A stretch of DNA of 64,000 bases, taken from positions 30,444,001-30,508,000 of the forward strand of contig NC_087436.1 in NCBI RefSeq assembly GCF_036321535.1, written 5' to 3'. Below are positions 13,870 to 26,840 of this stretch, piece by piece (position 1 is the first letter of the stretch; the number at the start of each line of letters is the position of its first letter). The position numbers and the translations under genes are program-made. This stretch comes from Camelus dromedarius (lineage: Eukaryota). The notes under the pieces are model-generated. The model made no database searches. It worked only from the letters and a program-made list of their open reading frames with translations, and had not been told where the DNA came from.

Positions 13870-16250
13870 AACCCATCTGCAGGCGATTATGAAGCATCAT
13901 TCAAAAAAGTGGCTCCCAGAGTATTTCTGAGCCCCCATGGAAACTGAGTCCAGGGGGAAGACATGGAATATCAAGTGACGGTATAGCCAGAACTGAGCAT
14001 CGCAAGTTGAATTCTTTCAGTCCCACCAAACCATAATGTCAAGTAGATCCATTGGCATTCTATAGTAAATGGATTTGTGTACACTGAGCAGGCCAAATAG
14101 CACAGATATGAATAGCACAGCATGAATAGATGGACCATGTCCCGATGTTATTCAACACTGCAATCATGAGGGTTTCCTTATGACCAACTGACAGAAAGGA
14201 AAGGTCAAGTTCAGTTCACAGGTGGATTGCCTTAGTATCTTAGTGCAAGCAAAGTAGAAACTACTGTTGCACATAGCCCCTGAAGACAGCAGGATGGAGA
14301 TATTTTTGCAATATGCAGAGCCTTGGGCAGAGCACCTTGTCATCTACTTTGTATGAAAAAAGAAATGACTCAAGATAAGAATATACACAGACTCTTATAC
14401 AGTGGAACGTGTTTGGCTGTTTGACTTGGGGCCTGAAATAAAGAATACTTAAGGAATTGGAGTCTGAAATAGTGACATGTTGAATGACCTACATGAGGGG
14501 ACAGAGATGTGGTGATCTTTAAATGATGTGTTAATGCCCACAGAGAAACATCTACTATGGAAGCCCACAGAAGAACAAAGTAGACAGAAAGAATTAGCCA
14601 AGTAATGTCATTCAGACTCTGTCAATAGCCACTCTATTCCTGACACAGTGGGTCCAAGACCAGAGTAGCCGTGATGGCAGGGATGGAGCTGAAAGATCAG
14701 TACAACAACATGGGTTTCATTCATAAAGGCTGATTCAACTTTCTGCAATTGCTGAAAGTCCGATTTGTCAGCAACAGGGACTGATGCTGAACTTCCAATA
14801 CAACCTAAAATGACAACCTACCAACTTGCTGACAAACTGAATACACTGAAGCCTTCCCATGCGGGAAGAAATTAACATTGTTTAATATCTGCATATATTC
14901 CTGGAATGGATTTTCCTTTCCTGTCCTTAAGGTCTCAGTCAGAACCACTATCTGAGGAATTTAGAGGGTAGGATCCACCAATACAAAATCTCACATTAAA
15001 CTGTCTCGGGCCAAAGATTCCACTTTACAGCAACAAAACAGCCATGGCATCCACTGAGCTTATCATTTAGTGCCCAATACGTTACCAGCCTAACAGAGAG
15101 ACGAAATTGACTTTTAAATGCCTAGTAAGATGCCATCGTAGTAAATCCAACTCTGCAAGAATGCATATCTCCCAAGATGTGCTGTATATCTTAAACCAAC
15201 AATATTAGGTGAACTATTCCTCCATGAACAAAATACATTGGTCTAGACACCAAAAACTAAAAGTAAGATTAGCTTTTTTTTTTTTTTTAACCGTTACTTC
15301 CAGCAATCAACTTACGACCCTGTGCTCTCTTTTCCCAGAAATTTAGGATCTATGCATGTAGAGATCCAGGTACCTAAGCAGGAGGATTCTTCCAACAGGG
15401 AATGTGATGTCCACCTTAAGCTTTGGTGCCACCCAGTCACTTTGGACTCCTCATGTCAAGACACTAGGCAAGGAAAGGAATCACCATCCTAGCAATGGTA
15501 ACTGACACTCATCACTAGGGGGCAATAGGTCTGGAGCTACACAAAGGGCAGAAAGGACAACATTTGACCTTCAGGTGGTTCACACAGGTACTTTTTAGTA
15601 CTCTCCTGCCCAATCTCGATAATAAGTGGACAGCAAGTGCCATTATGGACAGGGTTGTGGATCGGGGATATCAATGCTCTATTTGGAGTTTTCCCCACAG
15701 CAAACTACTAACTAGAATGTGATCTGCTCAGACTTAACACTCCCATCAGCTTATCTAAACTTTAGATGGACTTCTTCCTGACTCCAGTCCCCTGAAATCC
15801 TTGAAGTTGCAAAATATTTCTCTAATCCTTTAAGATGGAAGTCTCCTAGCTTCCTGTCAGTTCTACAACTCAGGAATGTCTTTCTCAAAGACCTGAGAAG
15901 CATCCCTTTGAAAGGTCATCAAGAAAGATAGGGTCCCAGATTCTCAGCCTCTGTGGGTGGATAGGAGCCAAATTTCAATAAGGGACAATTAGTAATCACA
16001 GATGGCCTAATTGCAATGACTAGCCTTCCCCTAACTTCTTCCAGTACTTCCCCCTTAGCTTCTTCTGGAGTTTAAAAATTCTGCCTTTTAGTTCCTTGTT
16101 CCCTATTGCAATAGTCTCCAAGAAAGTCTTCTTTGCCATTTTAAACTAGCACTTGGTCTATTTTTCTTTGATAAAACCTGGAGAAGCATACCTCACATGG
16201 GTTGAACTTCCTCTAATAAGCAAGTCATCTGAGTGGCACAAGTGGTTGAC
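13870..16250 (+). mobile_element. Decayed ERV-L internal region (LTR16/HERV16-type): RNase H, integrase, dUTPase remnants; interrupted by a nested LTR
   Basis: Piecewise translation gives HLVIYFV*KKK*LKIRIYTDS (RNase H, ~14330-14400), QWVQDQSSRDGRDG and PICQQQ (integrase zinc-finger region, ~14645-14780) and PPSHFGLLMSRH*ARKGITILAMVTD (dUTPase, ~15430-15510). The IN-then-dUTPase order is typical of ERV-L. Many stops and frameshifts; 5' half absent. Confidence 0.8.
15718..16173 (+). mobile_element. Solo ERV1 LTR, MER67-like, nested in the ERV-L
   Basis: caggaatgtctttctcaaagacctg...catccctttgaaa...cacagatggcctaat...cctattgcaatagtct...tttttctttgata resembles the MER67 consensus. Confidence 0.7.
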
Positions 16251-16636
16251 AATAATGGATATTGTAGTGCACCACTCAAATCCCTCCCCCAGTAGCACTC
16301 GTCCCCCTGGCTTCTGGGAATGTTGATTGCTGACTGCTCACAGCAGTGTCTCTCCCTGGAAAATACCCTCAGCTGAATGTAGCGGTTTCCTGTATCTATA
16401 GATCAACCAGTGAAGGTTTACATATACCCAGCTCTCTTGTTTCAATTTGAAATGACTCCTAACAGCCATTCTAGCCTGAGAAGTCCTTGTGAATTCAACT
16501 GAAGCTCCTATTGCAACTGCATCACAGTTCAAGTTTCTCTCTCTGTGTAATTCTGCTTTCTTCACTCTCTTACAGGCATAATCACTTCCCTGCACTACTT
16601 TTGTGTGCAGATTCCTCTGTCAGTCTCAGCTCTGCA
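16251..16636 (+). mobile_element. LTR16-family 3' LTR of the ERV-L
   Basis: gtgcaccactcaaatccc...ttgcaactgcatcacagttcaagtttctctctctg...ctgctttcttcactc...acagg resembles LTR16 and follows the internal region in the same orientation. Confidence 0.75.
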
Positions 16637-16663
16637 GTCCTCTATTAGAAAAGTCATTTTCTT

Positions 16664-16858
16664 TTCTTTTTTTAAAGTTTTTTTAAACATCCCAGAGCCG
16701 CCTCCTCTTTCTCACCCTCCTCTGGGTTTGCGGCTCACACCTTCCCATCTCCTTAATTCACATCCTGCGGGTCACTAGGCATTGCGCATCCAGGGGGCAG
16801 GGAGCAGAGCGAGACAAGAACCAGGTCCCATCCAGGGGGAGGGTGGCTGAGCGTCCTC
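16664..16858 (-). pseudogene. Short GC-rich L1-mediated retrocopy of unidentified RNA
   Basis: T-rich tract at the left, CpG-retaining body, TSD tcattttctt (16654-16663) / tcagtttctt (16859-16868) followed by AA, matching an L1 endonuclease site (TTCTT/AA). Confidence 0.55.
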
Positions 16859-19800
16859 TCAGTTTCTTAAGAAAAACATTGTTTCATATTAATGAAGAAT
16901 GTCAAGATAATTACTCAAATAGAAGTTTTAGTTACCAGATTACATTTATTTTCTTAATTTTCCATTGTCAACAGCTTTGACCCAATAGTCTTTTTGCTAT
17001 GATAATAACATTTTAAATGCAGTTATAGTGAATATTTATGTACAAACTTCCCAGCTTTATTTTGTTGCCATGTGCATGTTTTAACATTTCAAAAACTGTA
17101 AACTGTGAAAATGACGTGTACAATCTTCATTCTATTAATATCCTATGGAAGTTCATTTTCCATTGCATACTTGAAAACTACTGCTTTTACTGATTCCAAT
17201 GTTTTGTATGTTTTTATCAAGTTCCCTTAATGTTTTCTGTACATTCAGACATCTCTTACTTATCATGTAATTATTGGAGGGTGTTTGTTTTTCTACATTT
17301 ATTTATCTAATCTTGCTTAATAGCAAGGGAAACATAGGCACATTTATTAACTAGTTAGTATAATTTTCATTATCTGAACCAATGGTGCTACCAATGCTGT
17401 TCTCACTGAGTTAATTTTGCATGAGGTGTTTTGTACCAAGCCAGCTGACAGGCTTTGGTGCTATAAAGCTACCTAGAGTCTACAGCTTTTCTTTTCTTTC
17501 TATCATTAGAGTATTCGCAAAATCTAGCAGTCCTTTGTCTCTGACCTCTATCTTTCTTGTCTTGATGTTTATTTTTCTTAAAGCAGGAAATCTGATTGGA
17601 TTATTTGGTATTTAGAAATTGTCTATATGTTAACTGTTTATTTTCACCTCCCCAATTGCAATGAGACCAATCTGAAAGTAAGGACCTTATCTTTCAATAA
17701 TTCCCTAAATCCATCCATGGATAGGACACCAAGCAAGTTCTCCAAATCTTTAACAAATGATTGTATAGACAGATATTATAGGCTTCATAAATACTGAAGC
17801 ACTATTTTAATGTATCAATTTCTTAATGGGCACAATTGTACTTAGAACTGTGCTTTTGATTGGGCAAGAATCTATTTGGTGGTTTTGATGCTGCCTAGAG
17901 ATTACAGTTAATGAAGGCAAAGGGACCAAAAGCTCGCTTATTACATCAAAAGAATTTCTAGAATTCTAACACAAATGCTTAGAAAGCAGTCCTGCAAAAA
18001 CAATATAATTTCAAATCTAGTTTCTGATAAGGCCCATTTTCCAACAAGCCCTCCTGCTTTGTTGGAATATATGATTCTTAGCTTACACAAACCACCCAAA
18101 GAGAGATATAACGCACACATTTTAGCCTCTCATTTTCTCTTTCAGAATCTTACCTGAAGCTCAAAAGCATCATCAGAAATATTTGGCATCAGTACTACTC
18201 AAGTGACTGATAACACACTCCCTTAATGTCAAAAGTCATTCCATTTTTCTATCAGGAAGAATAAGGCCATACCTAAACATATTAACATATTATTCACTTT
18301 GACAATAGAACTAGTTCCAAGACATGAACTATTGCTATATTAGAAAGGAGAAGCAATCAGTATTTTTCATTGCCTAAGAATCTCTATACTACAAAAAAAA
18401 TCCATCACTTCTAATGAAATTGTAAGTACCTAGAAGGCAAATGTCTCTTCTTATTTCTAGTGTGAAATCTGGGTTGAAATAAGCAGTTACTGTAGTTAAC
18501 TCACATTCTCATTAACCAGAAAAATTCAGTGAATAGTGAGCACACTTATCAAAGCTTTTTCAAAATGACATGAAATTTTCATTAAGATTGCAAGGACTAT
18601 TATTGTTCTATTTTAACTAGATATGTAGATCGTTCTTTGTATTAAAAGCTGAGAATAAAGGTAAATTCACTTTTATTTAAATTATATTGATTAATCAACA
18701 AAAATGTTACTCAGAACCACTCATCTAACAATAGTTACATAGCTGAGTTTCTGTGAGTTTTTAAAATACAAATATCATCTTTAATTGTTGCTTATAAAAT
18801 GATTATGTAGTATAATTTATGCTTTCTTTACTGTTAATTGGCTTATCAATAACTGTGGTGTCAATAGAAGATAAATTTTCCAGGACATTAATCTTATATA
18901 TTTTCTTTTTTAATAAAATAATGAAGCCACATGAACATTTTAAACAGGTTAAAGTTGAATTAAAAATTCTCAGTAAAGATTGAATGTACTGTTACAGTAA
19001 ACTAATATGAAAGATCAGTATTGTAAGACCTCATATATATGCTTGCAACTCTATTTTAATTTATTAAGATCCACCTATAACTCTCCCTAAATGGTAATGC
19101 AGGCATAATTGGAAATTGTATGAACACTTTCAGGCTATTAATGTTCTTAAAAAGTAATTAATCAAAAAAATTTTTTAAAAAGTCTTCATGTATTGCTTTA
19201 AATAATGAAGTTAGTAGAGATTAAAACTTTATCAGTCACTACAACAAATGCATTTTAAATAAATCAAAATAAAATATTTTATAATTTTTCAGAAAAAGTA
19301 AATTGGCTATATGTTGTGCTTTGCAATGGTTAGATGTCAGTAGTTGTAATTTTCCTTCGTTACATTTATTTCAATTTTAAATAATACATTAACCCATAGA
19401 TAACTCGATTAGTGTCAGTCCTCTTATTAGGAAGAAAGCTACATGAAAGATAAGTACATGTCTGTTTTGTTCTCTGTCCTCAAAATTATACTCTGTTTGC
19501 CATATGGCATTGGTTTAACATATCTGCTGAAAAAATTTAAAATAAATGGATTATATAATCTGAAAAACTACCTGACTCTCATTAAATTATTTTTATACAA
19601 TCAGCGACTGGACCAATATAAACAAATCTAAAACAAAAGACCATATAAGTTAATGAAAATATCATGCACCATTTTATGTTCAATATTGTGTTTACAGATA
19701 GTCAGATGGTATGTATTTGAAGAAAGGTAGAAAGATAGAGAGAGAGAGAGAGAAAGAGATAGGACGAGAGAGAAATCAATCTTAATACTTCTGGCACTAA

Positions 19801-20889
19801 TTTTCCTAATTCTATTTAATATCCTATTTGCAATCTAATTTTTCTAATTTCAAATATTATTAAAGTCTTAATTTCTCTTTTTATAATCCTTTCTGTAATA
19901 CTACTATTTTTGAAACAGGAATTATTTTTCCTGAATGAGATTTGTTTTACAATTTTCTATATCTTATAAAAAACATAATTGTCTGTCTCTTATAAAATAC
20001 ATTTTGATAACACAGACAAGAAAAGATTTTATGACTAGTCTTATTTAATTGCACATTTGGTAAAACTTAAAACATGGTATCTGGAAAAGATTTACAATCT
20101 AGATGGATGTCAAAATTAAATAATTAATAAAATTGCCAGGTAATCATATTTGTCATGAATGGCCTTTGAACTATAACTGTTTTTTAATGAACAAAAAATT
20201 TATTTTAACTTCTCATAAGAGTCAAATATACATTTATGTAATTTATAAATATATATATATATATATATAGGAACTATTATGGATATAATTTACTTTGTCA
20301 CATGTTTTTATGAATTCATTTTGACCTAAGCTGTAGAGATGATAAATACACATTTTCTGCTTTTCTCCCTGCATGCATGATAATTTCTTCATTAATTTCT
20401 ATCATATTTTCTAATATTTTTATATAGCTGTATGACATATTTGAGTAATACAACATGATATTATGCAATATACTAAAGTTTTTGATTATTGTAATTTAAT
20501 GTTTTTTCAGTTAATCAAAAAGAGACCATTAACCTTTATTAAATTAGTGTAGATTGTACTTTAACAAATTGCAGAAATAATTAATGAATAGAGCTGCCCT
20601 ATTAGAGACTGATAGTCAAAAAACATATATAAGCAACTGTTGGTAAGATAACAGGATCAAATTCCACATTGTATATCAACACTCCCATTTTTATACATCT
20701 GATTTACAATAATTACTTGTTATTCTTGCTTAGTGACATAAGTGATACTCAAAAAGGATCCACTGTCAATGATTTGTGCACCATATTACAGGCATTCTCA
20801 ACTGGAAAATTATTTTTTCTTAAATCTTCAAAATATTTTATATATATACATATATATACACACACATACATATATATACTGGCCTGACC

Positions 20890-22975
20890 TTATTTGTGGA
20901 TATTATGTTAGTTTGTGGTGTACAGCAAAGTGGTTCAGATATATCTATATCTGTATCTATACCTATCTATCTATATCTATATCTGTTCCTCTTCATGAGT
21001 TATGAGATATTGAACAGTTTCCTGTGCTATAGAGTAAAACTTGTTGTCTATCTATTTTATATGCAGTAGTTTGTATATGCTAATCTCAAGCTCCTAATGT
21101 ATCTCTTCCTGCCCTTTCTGATTTGGTGACATGTTTGTTTTCTATGTCTATGAGTCTGTTTCTGTTTTGTAAATAAGTTCATTTGTCTCATTTTTTTTGA
21201 TTCCACATATAAGCGATACCACGTGATGTTCGTCTTTGACTTAGTTCACTTAGTATAACAATCTCTAGGTCCATCCTTGTTTCTGCAACTGGCAGTATTT
21301 CATTTTCTTTTATAGTTGAGTAGTATTCCAACATATATACTAACCACATCTTTATCCACTTGTCTGTTGATGGACATTTAGGTTGCTTCCATGTCTTGGC
21401 TGTTCTAAATAGTGCTTCTATGAGCACTAGGGTGCATGTGTCTTTTTGGATTAGAATTTTCTCCAGATATATGCCCAAGAGTGGAATTATGGTAACTCTG
21501 TTTTTATTTTTTGAGGAGTCTCCATACTGTTTTCCATAATGGCTGCACCAATTTACATTACCACCAACAGTGTAGAAGTTCTCCTTTCCCCGCACCTTCT
21601 CCAGCATTATAGTTTGTGGACTTTTTAATGTTGGCCTTTCTAATCAGTGTGAGGTACCTCATTGTACTTTTGATTTATATTTCTCTGACAATTGGCAATG
21701 TTGAGCATCTTTTCACATGCCTATTGGCCATTTGTATGCCTTCATTGGAGAAACGTCTGTTTAGGTCTTCTGCCCATTGTTTGGTTGGGCTGTTTGTTTT
21801 TTTATTACTGAGTTGTATGAGCTGTTCATATAGTCTGGAAATTAAGCTTTTGTCAGTAGCATCATTTACAAATATTTTCTCCCAGGCCATAGGTGGTCTT
21901 TTCATTTTGTTTATGGTTTCCTTTGCTATGCAAGGGCATATACATTTAATTAGGTCCTATTTCTGTATTTTTGCTTTTATTTATATTGCCTTAGGAGACT
22001 GACCTAGGAAAACATTGCTACGATTTATGTCACAAAATGTTATGCCTATGTTCTCTTCTAGGAGACATATGGTATCTTGTCTTATGTTTAAGTCTTTAAG
22101 CCATTTTGAGTTTATCTTGTGTATGGTGTGATGGAGTGTTCTAGCTTCACCGATTTACATGTGACTGTCCAGTTATCCCAACACCACATGCCTGAGACTG
22201 TCTTTTCTCCATTGTATATTCTTGCCTCCGTCGTCGAAGATTAATTGACAATAGATGTGTGAGTTTATTTCCTGGCTCTCTATCCTGTTCTATTGATCCA
22301 TGTCTGTTTTTGTGCCAATACCACACTATTTTGATTACTGTAGCTTTGCAGTATTGTCTGAAATCTGGGAGGGTTATGCCTCCAACTTTGTTCTTTTTCC
22401 TCAGTATTGCTTTGGCAATTCTGAGTCTTTTGTGATCCCACATAAATTTTAGCATTATTTGTTCTAGTTCTGTGAAAAATGTCCTGGATAACTTTATAGA
22501 GCTTGCATTAAATCTGTAGATTGCTTTGGGTAGTATGGCCATTTTAACAGTATTAATTCTTCCAATCCAAGAGCATGGGATATCTTAACATTTCTTTAAA
22601 TCATCTTCAATGTTCTTTATTAATATTTTATAGTTCTCAGCGTGTAAGTCTTATACTCCTTGGTTAGGTTTCTTTCTAAGTATTTTATTTATTTTTGATG
22701 CAATTTTAAAAGGGATTTGTTGTTGTTGTTGTTTTTTACTTTCCTTTTCTGATATTTCATTGCTAGTGTAAAGACATGCAATAGATTTTGTATGTTATTC
22801 TTGTATACTGCTACATTGCTGACTTCATTTATCAGTTTTAGTAGTTTTTGTGTGGAGTCTTTAGAGTTTTCTATATATAGTATCATATCATCTGCATATA
22901 GTGACAGTTTTACCTGCTCCCTTCCAATTTGGATCCCTTTTATTTACTTTTCTTGATGGATTGCTGTGGCTAGGA
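20890..22975 (-). mobile_element. 5'-truncated L1 (~2.1 kb of ORF2 3' half + 3' UTR)
   Basis: Minus-strand ORFs 22147-22542 ([12 protein letters not shown]...[11 protein letters not shown]), 21675-21905 and 21188-21607 (KTWKQPKCPSTDKWIK) are L1 ORF2 pieces separated by frameshifts. Confidence 0.95.
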
Positions 22976-23057
22976 ATTATTGTAAATCTTATGAACAGAT
23001 TTTTTTTTGTTATATAAGAATGATGAGCATTTAGATAGTTTTTCTCATACATATATG

Positions 23058-23475
23058 TGTATTAATCTGCTTGGGCCACATAATACTACAGACTGAGTGG
23101 CTTAAACAACAGAAATTAATTTTCTCCCAAGAGTGGAGGCTGGAAGTCCATGATCAAGGTGCCAGAAACTTCTATTGAGTTCTCTCTTCTTGGCTTGCAA
23201 ATAGTTATCTTCTGCTGTGTCCTCATATGGCCATTCCTCTGTGTATTTGCAGGGAGATAGAGAGAGAGAAAGGGAGAGAGAGAGAGAGAGAGAAAGAATG
23301 TGCTCTGGTGTCTATTTCTCTTCCTATAAAAACAGAGTCTTATCAGGTCCTCACCAGTACGACCTCATTTATCTTTAATTACCTCCTTAAAGACCCTATA
23401 TCCAAATATAGTCACACTAGGGGGTTAGTGCCTCAACGTATAAATTTTGGAGGGATACAGTTTAACCCAGAATAA
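23058..23475 (-). mobile_element. MaLR solo LTR, MLT1A/B-like, with internal (GA)n
   Basis: gtggcttaaacaacagaaatt...ggaggctggaagtcc...atcaaggtgccag...taattacctcc...aaatatagtcacact...ggggttag is antisense MLT1A/B. Confidence 0.85.
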
Positions 23476-25861
23476 TACTCAGTTCTCTTTATCTTCCCAA
23501 CATGTGCTTTGTAAGGATTTCAAATGTGGTTTTTGTTATGGGTGTTCTGTTGTATAGTTTTTGTTACTGTTTGAGTATATATGCTTCAGCCACCTAGGTG
23601 CAGCTATTGATCTATAACAGTATTATGTACAATGTGCTTTTTCATACTGCAACTTGCACAGTTTAAATGAGTGTGTATTTTTTCAAATGACAAAATATAA
23701 GTTAATGCTCTGTTTGATGATTTCTTGACCAATAACTTTTCAAAGTGAAACTATAAACACAATCTAACTTGGTATGTAACTAAACTATTGCTATGGTAAT
23801 GATATAATGAATTATGATCACCAATGTTTTTAAGATCATTACTCCATTTACGCAATTTAATAATACAAAGTATTTCTAAGTCTATTCAAGTTATTAATAG
23901 ATCACTGCAATTTTGCCTCTGCTGTGAGGCAAATGGCAGTCAAAGAGGAATCACAGAGCTTAAACAATATTTCTAGTGTGACATGGGATTAAAATACTCA
24001 ATGCGATTCTTAACACTGTATTTTCACATTAAATGAAATGCTGAAGTTTCGATTCTTGGATTATCTCCTGCCAGTAATTGTGCCAGATTGCATTCTGATA
24101 ATTTTTCACCATGGTGGAAAATTATCAGTTAAAATACTTCAAATGCTTCAAAAATTCAAACAGAGTTGTATGACAGAGTTTGTTTACAGGATGTCACAGT
24201 GTCTATCTCATAGAACTCCGTTCTGTTGACAGGATGATGCTTATCATTCAAGTCAATATTTAAAGGGTTTCTAGAGGATGGGCTTATGAGTTTTTCCTGC
24301 TATGCTTTTTTATGACAAAAAGCATGTATAATTTATTAGATATTTTATTAATATAATAATACCTTATAGCTTATGTAGAATTACAGAATGGCATTTATTC
24401 AGCTTTAGTCTATGCTTTGTACCAAAGCAATCATTTGACAATGACAGTATTAAAACATGATTGTCAGATATTATAAAAGTCATAGAGTTGAAGTCGACTC
24501 TAAATGTCATTTACAGAACTATATTATCTCATGCACAATTAAGCTTCATAACACCCATAGTATGATATCTTGGAAAGAACAATTAACTAGAAATAAGAAG
24601 ACCTGAATTCTAATTCCTTCTCTACAAATGATTAGAAGTAAGACTTTGGGAAAAATGGTTAACCTCTTTGAACCTCAGTAACTTTGTTTATCATTAGTGT
24701 TAGCTAGTTTTCCAGTTCTAGGTATCAGTAAACTTCATGGCAATGATTTTCTGTAGTCAAACTAGTCAGCGTTATGGTGTTGAAACAGTCAGGTCTCTGA
24801 CTTGAGATCCGTCTTCCCTTTACTGCCCCATTCCCTTTTACTAAGACTCTGCTTTCCTTCATCCCACAAAGGATTTCTGATTATGAACACATCTAGGATT
24901 TCACCTGGAAAGAGCTTTCAGGGTTCTAAGGGTTATTTGTTACTAAGAGGTACTCAATGTCATATGTCACACGGATATATTTCAGGTGAAAAGTATAGAG
25001 TATGTATGTCTTTGTGTGCCCACCTAAGTGCACCTGGTTTCACTATCCTGTTATTAATTAATCATTAAGTGGAAAGTGGTACAGACTGTCCTAAATCAGC
25101 TATGACAATTTATCAGGAAGAGAAATGAATAACAATTTTCCTTCAATGTTCAACTACTGGAAACTCCGAAGCAGGGAGCATTTCCAAAAGCAACTATTTG
25201 GACAGTGACAGTTTCACACCTTAACTGGGACAACAGTCACATTGTTTATAGAATACCACAAGCAGTTGGGGATGATGTCAGGAGGTTCACACATTTTGCT
25301 AGTTTTGAAAGAAGGGGTTCTTTCAGAAGCAGGATACTAAATGAAGTGGTTTGTATATATCTAGGGGGAATTTGATGCGTTTTAAAGTCTGTTATACCTA
25401 AAGATCACTTGTTCACTCCTTCAGGATTAATTACTGTGGACATCAAAGATCTTCCTGAAGAAGTCATTTCTTTCTTCAAAACATCTATAAGTAAGTGTAT
25501 TTGTCAATATTGACCCAAATATCTTCATGAAATATTTGGCAGTGATTTTCAATGTATCTTAGAAAGGAAAGTCATTTGGAAGTATTTTTTTTTTTTTTAG
25601 AAATTATTAGGTTCATCCTTTAAAAAAGATGAAGCTTGAGCATACCTTTTTCCTAAAGAAAAGAAATTAATGTACTCTTAAATGATGCCTTCACTGAAAA
25701 ATAACTTTGTATGCTAAAATATGGTCAAAATAAAGCAAAAATAGACCAATAGTTCAAGGCTGAGAAAAATTTAAATGTAGAATTAATGTCCTGAAGGTAT
25801 TGCAAAAATTGCAGAGGCAATAAATCTAATATTGGATCCCCAAATTTTTATGTCATTCAGC

Positions 25862-25899
25862 TGTGTGTGTGTGTGTGTGAGTGTGTGTGTGTGTGTGTG
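25862..25899 (+). repeat. (TG)n microsatellite, one interruption
   Basis: Direct reading. Confidence 0.95.
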
Positions 25900-26529
25900 C
25901 TCTTCATAACTATATGAGGGTAGTCAAGTTTTTTTTTTTTTTAATAACAAAACTTATAACTCTCAAAACCAATGAAAGAAATGGATACTCAAATGTAAGA
26001 AATTAATGTTTACTGGCAGGGGAAACAGAAGGAAATAGAAAAGACAGAGATTACTCTTAAAAGGACAAAGTTATCACGCATAAGATGTCAAGGGGAGTAG
26101 AAAAATGCAAAACTTCCCCCATTTCCAGCTGAAATGGGGCACGTAAACCTAAGTTAAGGGCTAAAGGAGAGTTAAACTATTACACACAAACAGATGACAT
26201 GACACCTAGAAGAGACTTTACAGGAAGTGGAAGAAGCAAATAAACACTATGAGCTTCATACGACAAATGTTGAAGAAAGATGAAAATTCTAGAAAATGCC
26301 CAAAATAAAATTTAGCACAAGTATGGGATATTATTTTATAGTGTGATCTTCCTTTAAAAGTAGTTACAATTGTCTCTTCCTGATACAGTATGTGAAAGAT
26401 TTATATCTTCTATTAATCAATACCTCTGTGACTGAATCTAATTACATGCAGGGTTTATTAGGACTTAAACTCAGAGATGGTAAAGTTTATGAGATTTTAA
26501 GTCAACCATGAGCCAGAGATTACTATGTT

Positions 26530-26840
26530 ATTTACTATAATTGGTTTCCTTCTCTACCTGGACATACAGCCAACGTGCATTTCCCAATTATTCTTGCAGT
26601 TTGTGAGGTCATGTTACCAAATTTTGCAAATGAAATGTCAGCAGAAGTAATATATACCAATTTCAGACTTAGCCAACAGAAACCTACCAGAGACTCATGT
26701 ACTATATTTTCTGCATCTTTTGTTAAATGTAGGAAAGGATCATGTCATAGAAGACGGCAGAGCTCTAATGGAAGGACAATGGGTTCCTGAATGTTTTTTT
26801 TTGAAATGAGCATTTTCTACTAACCAGCATTAGATTAGCA
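26530..26840 (+). mobile_element. Old MaLR LTR fragment (MLT1I/J-like)
   Basis: catttccc...cttgcagtt...ggtcatgt...aatgaaatgtcagcagaagt...tgggttcctgaatg. Confidence 0.5.
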
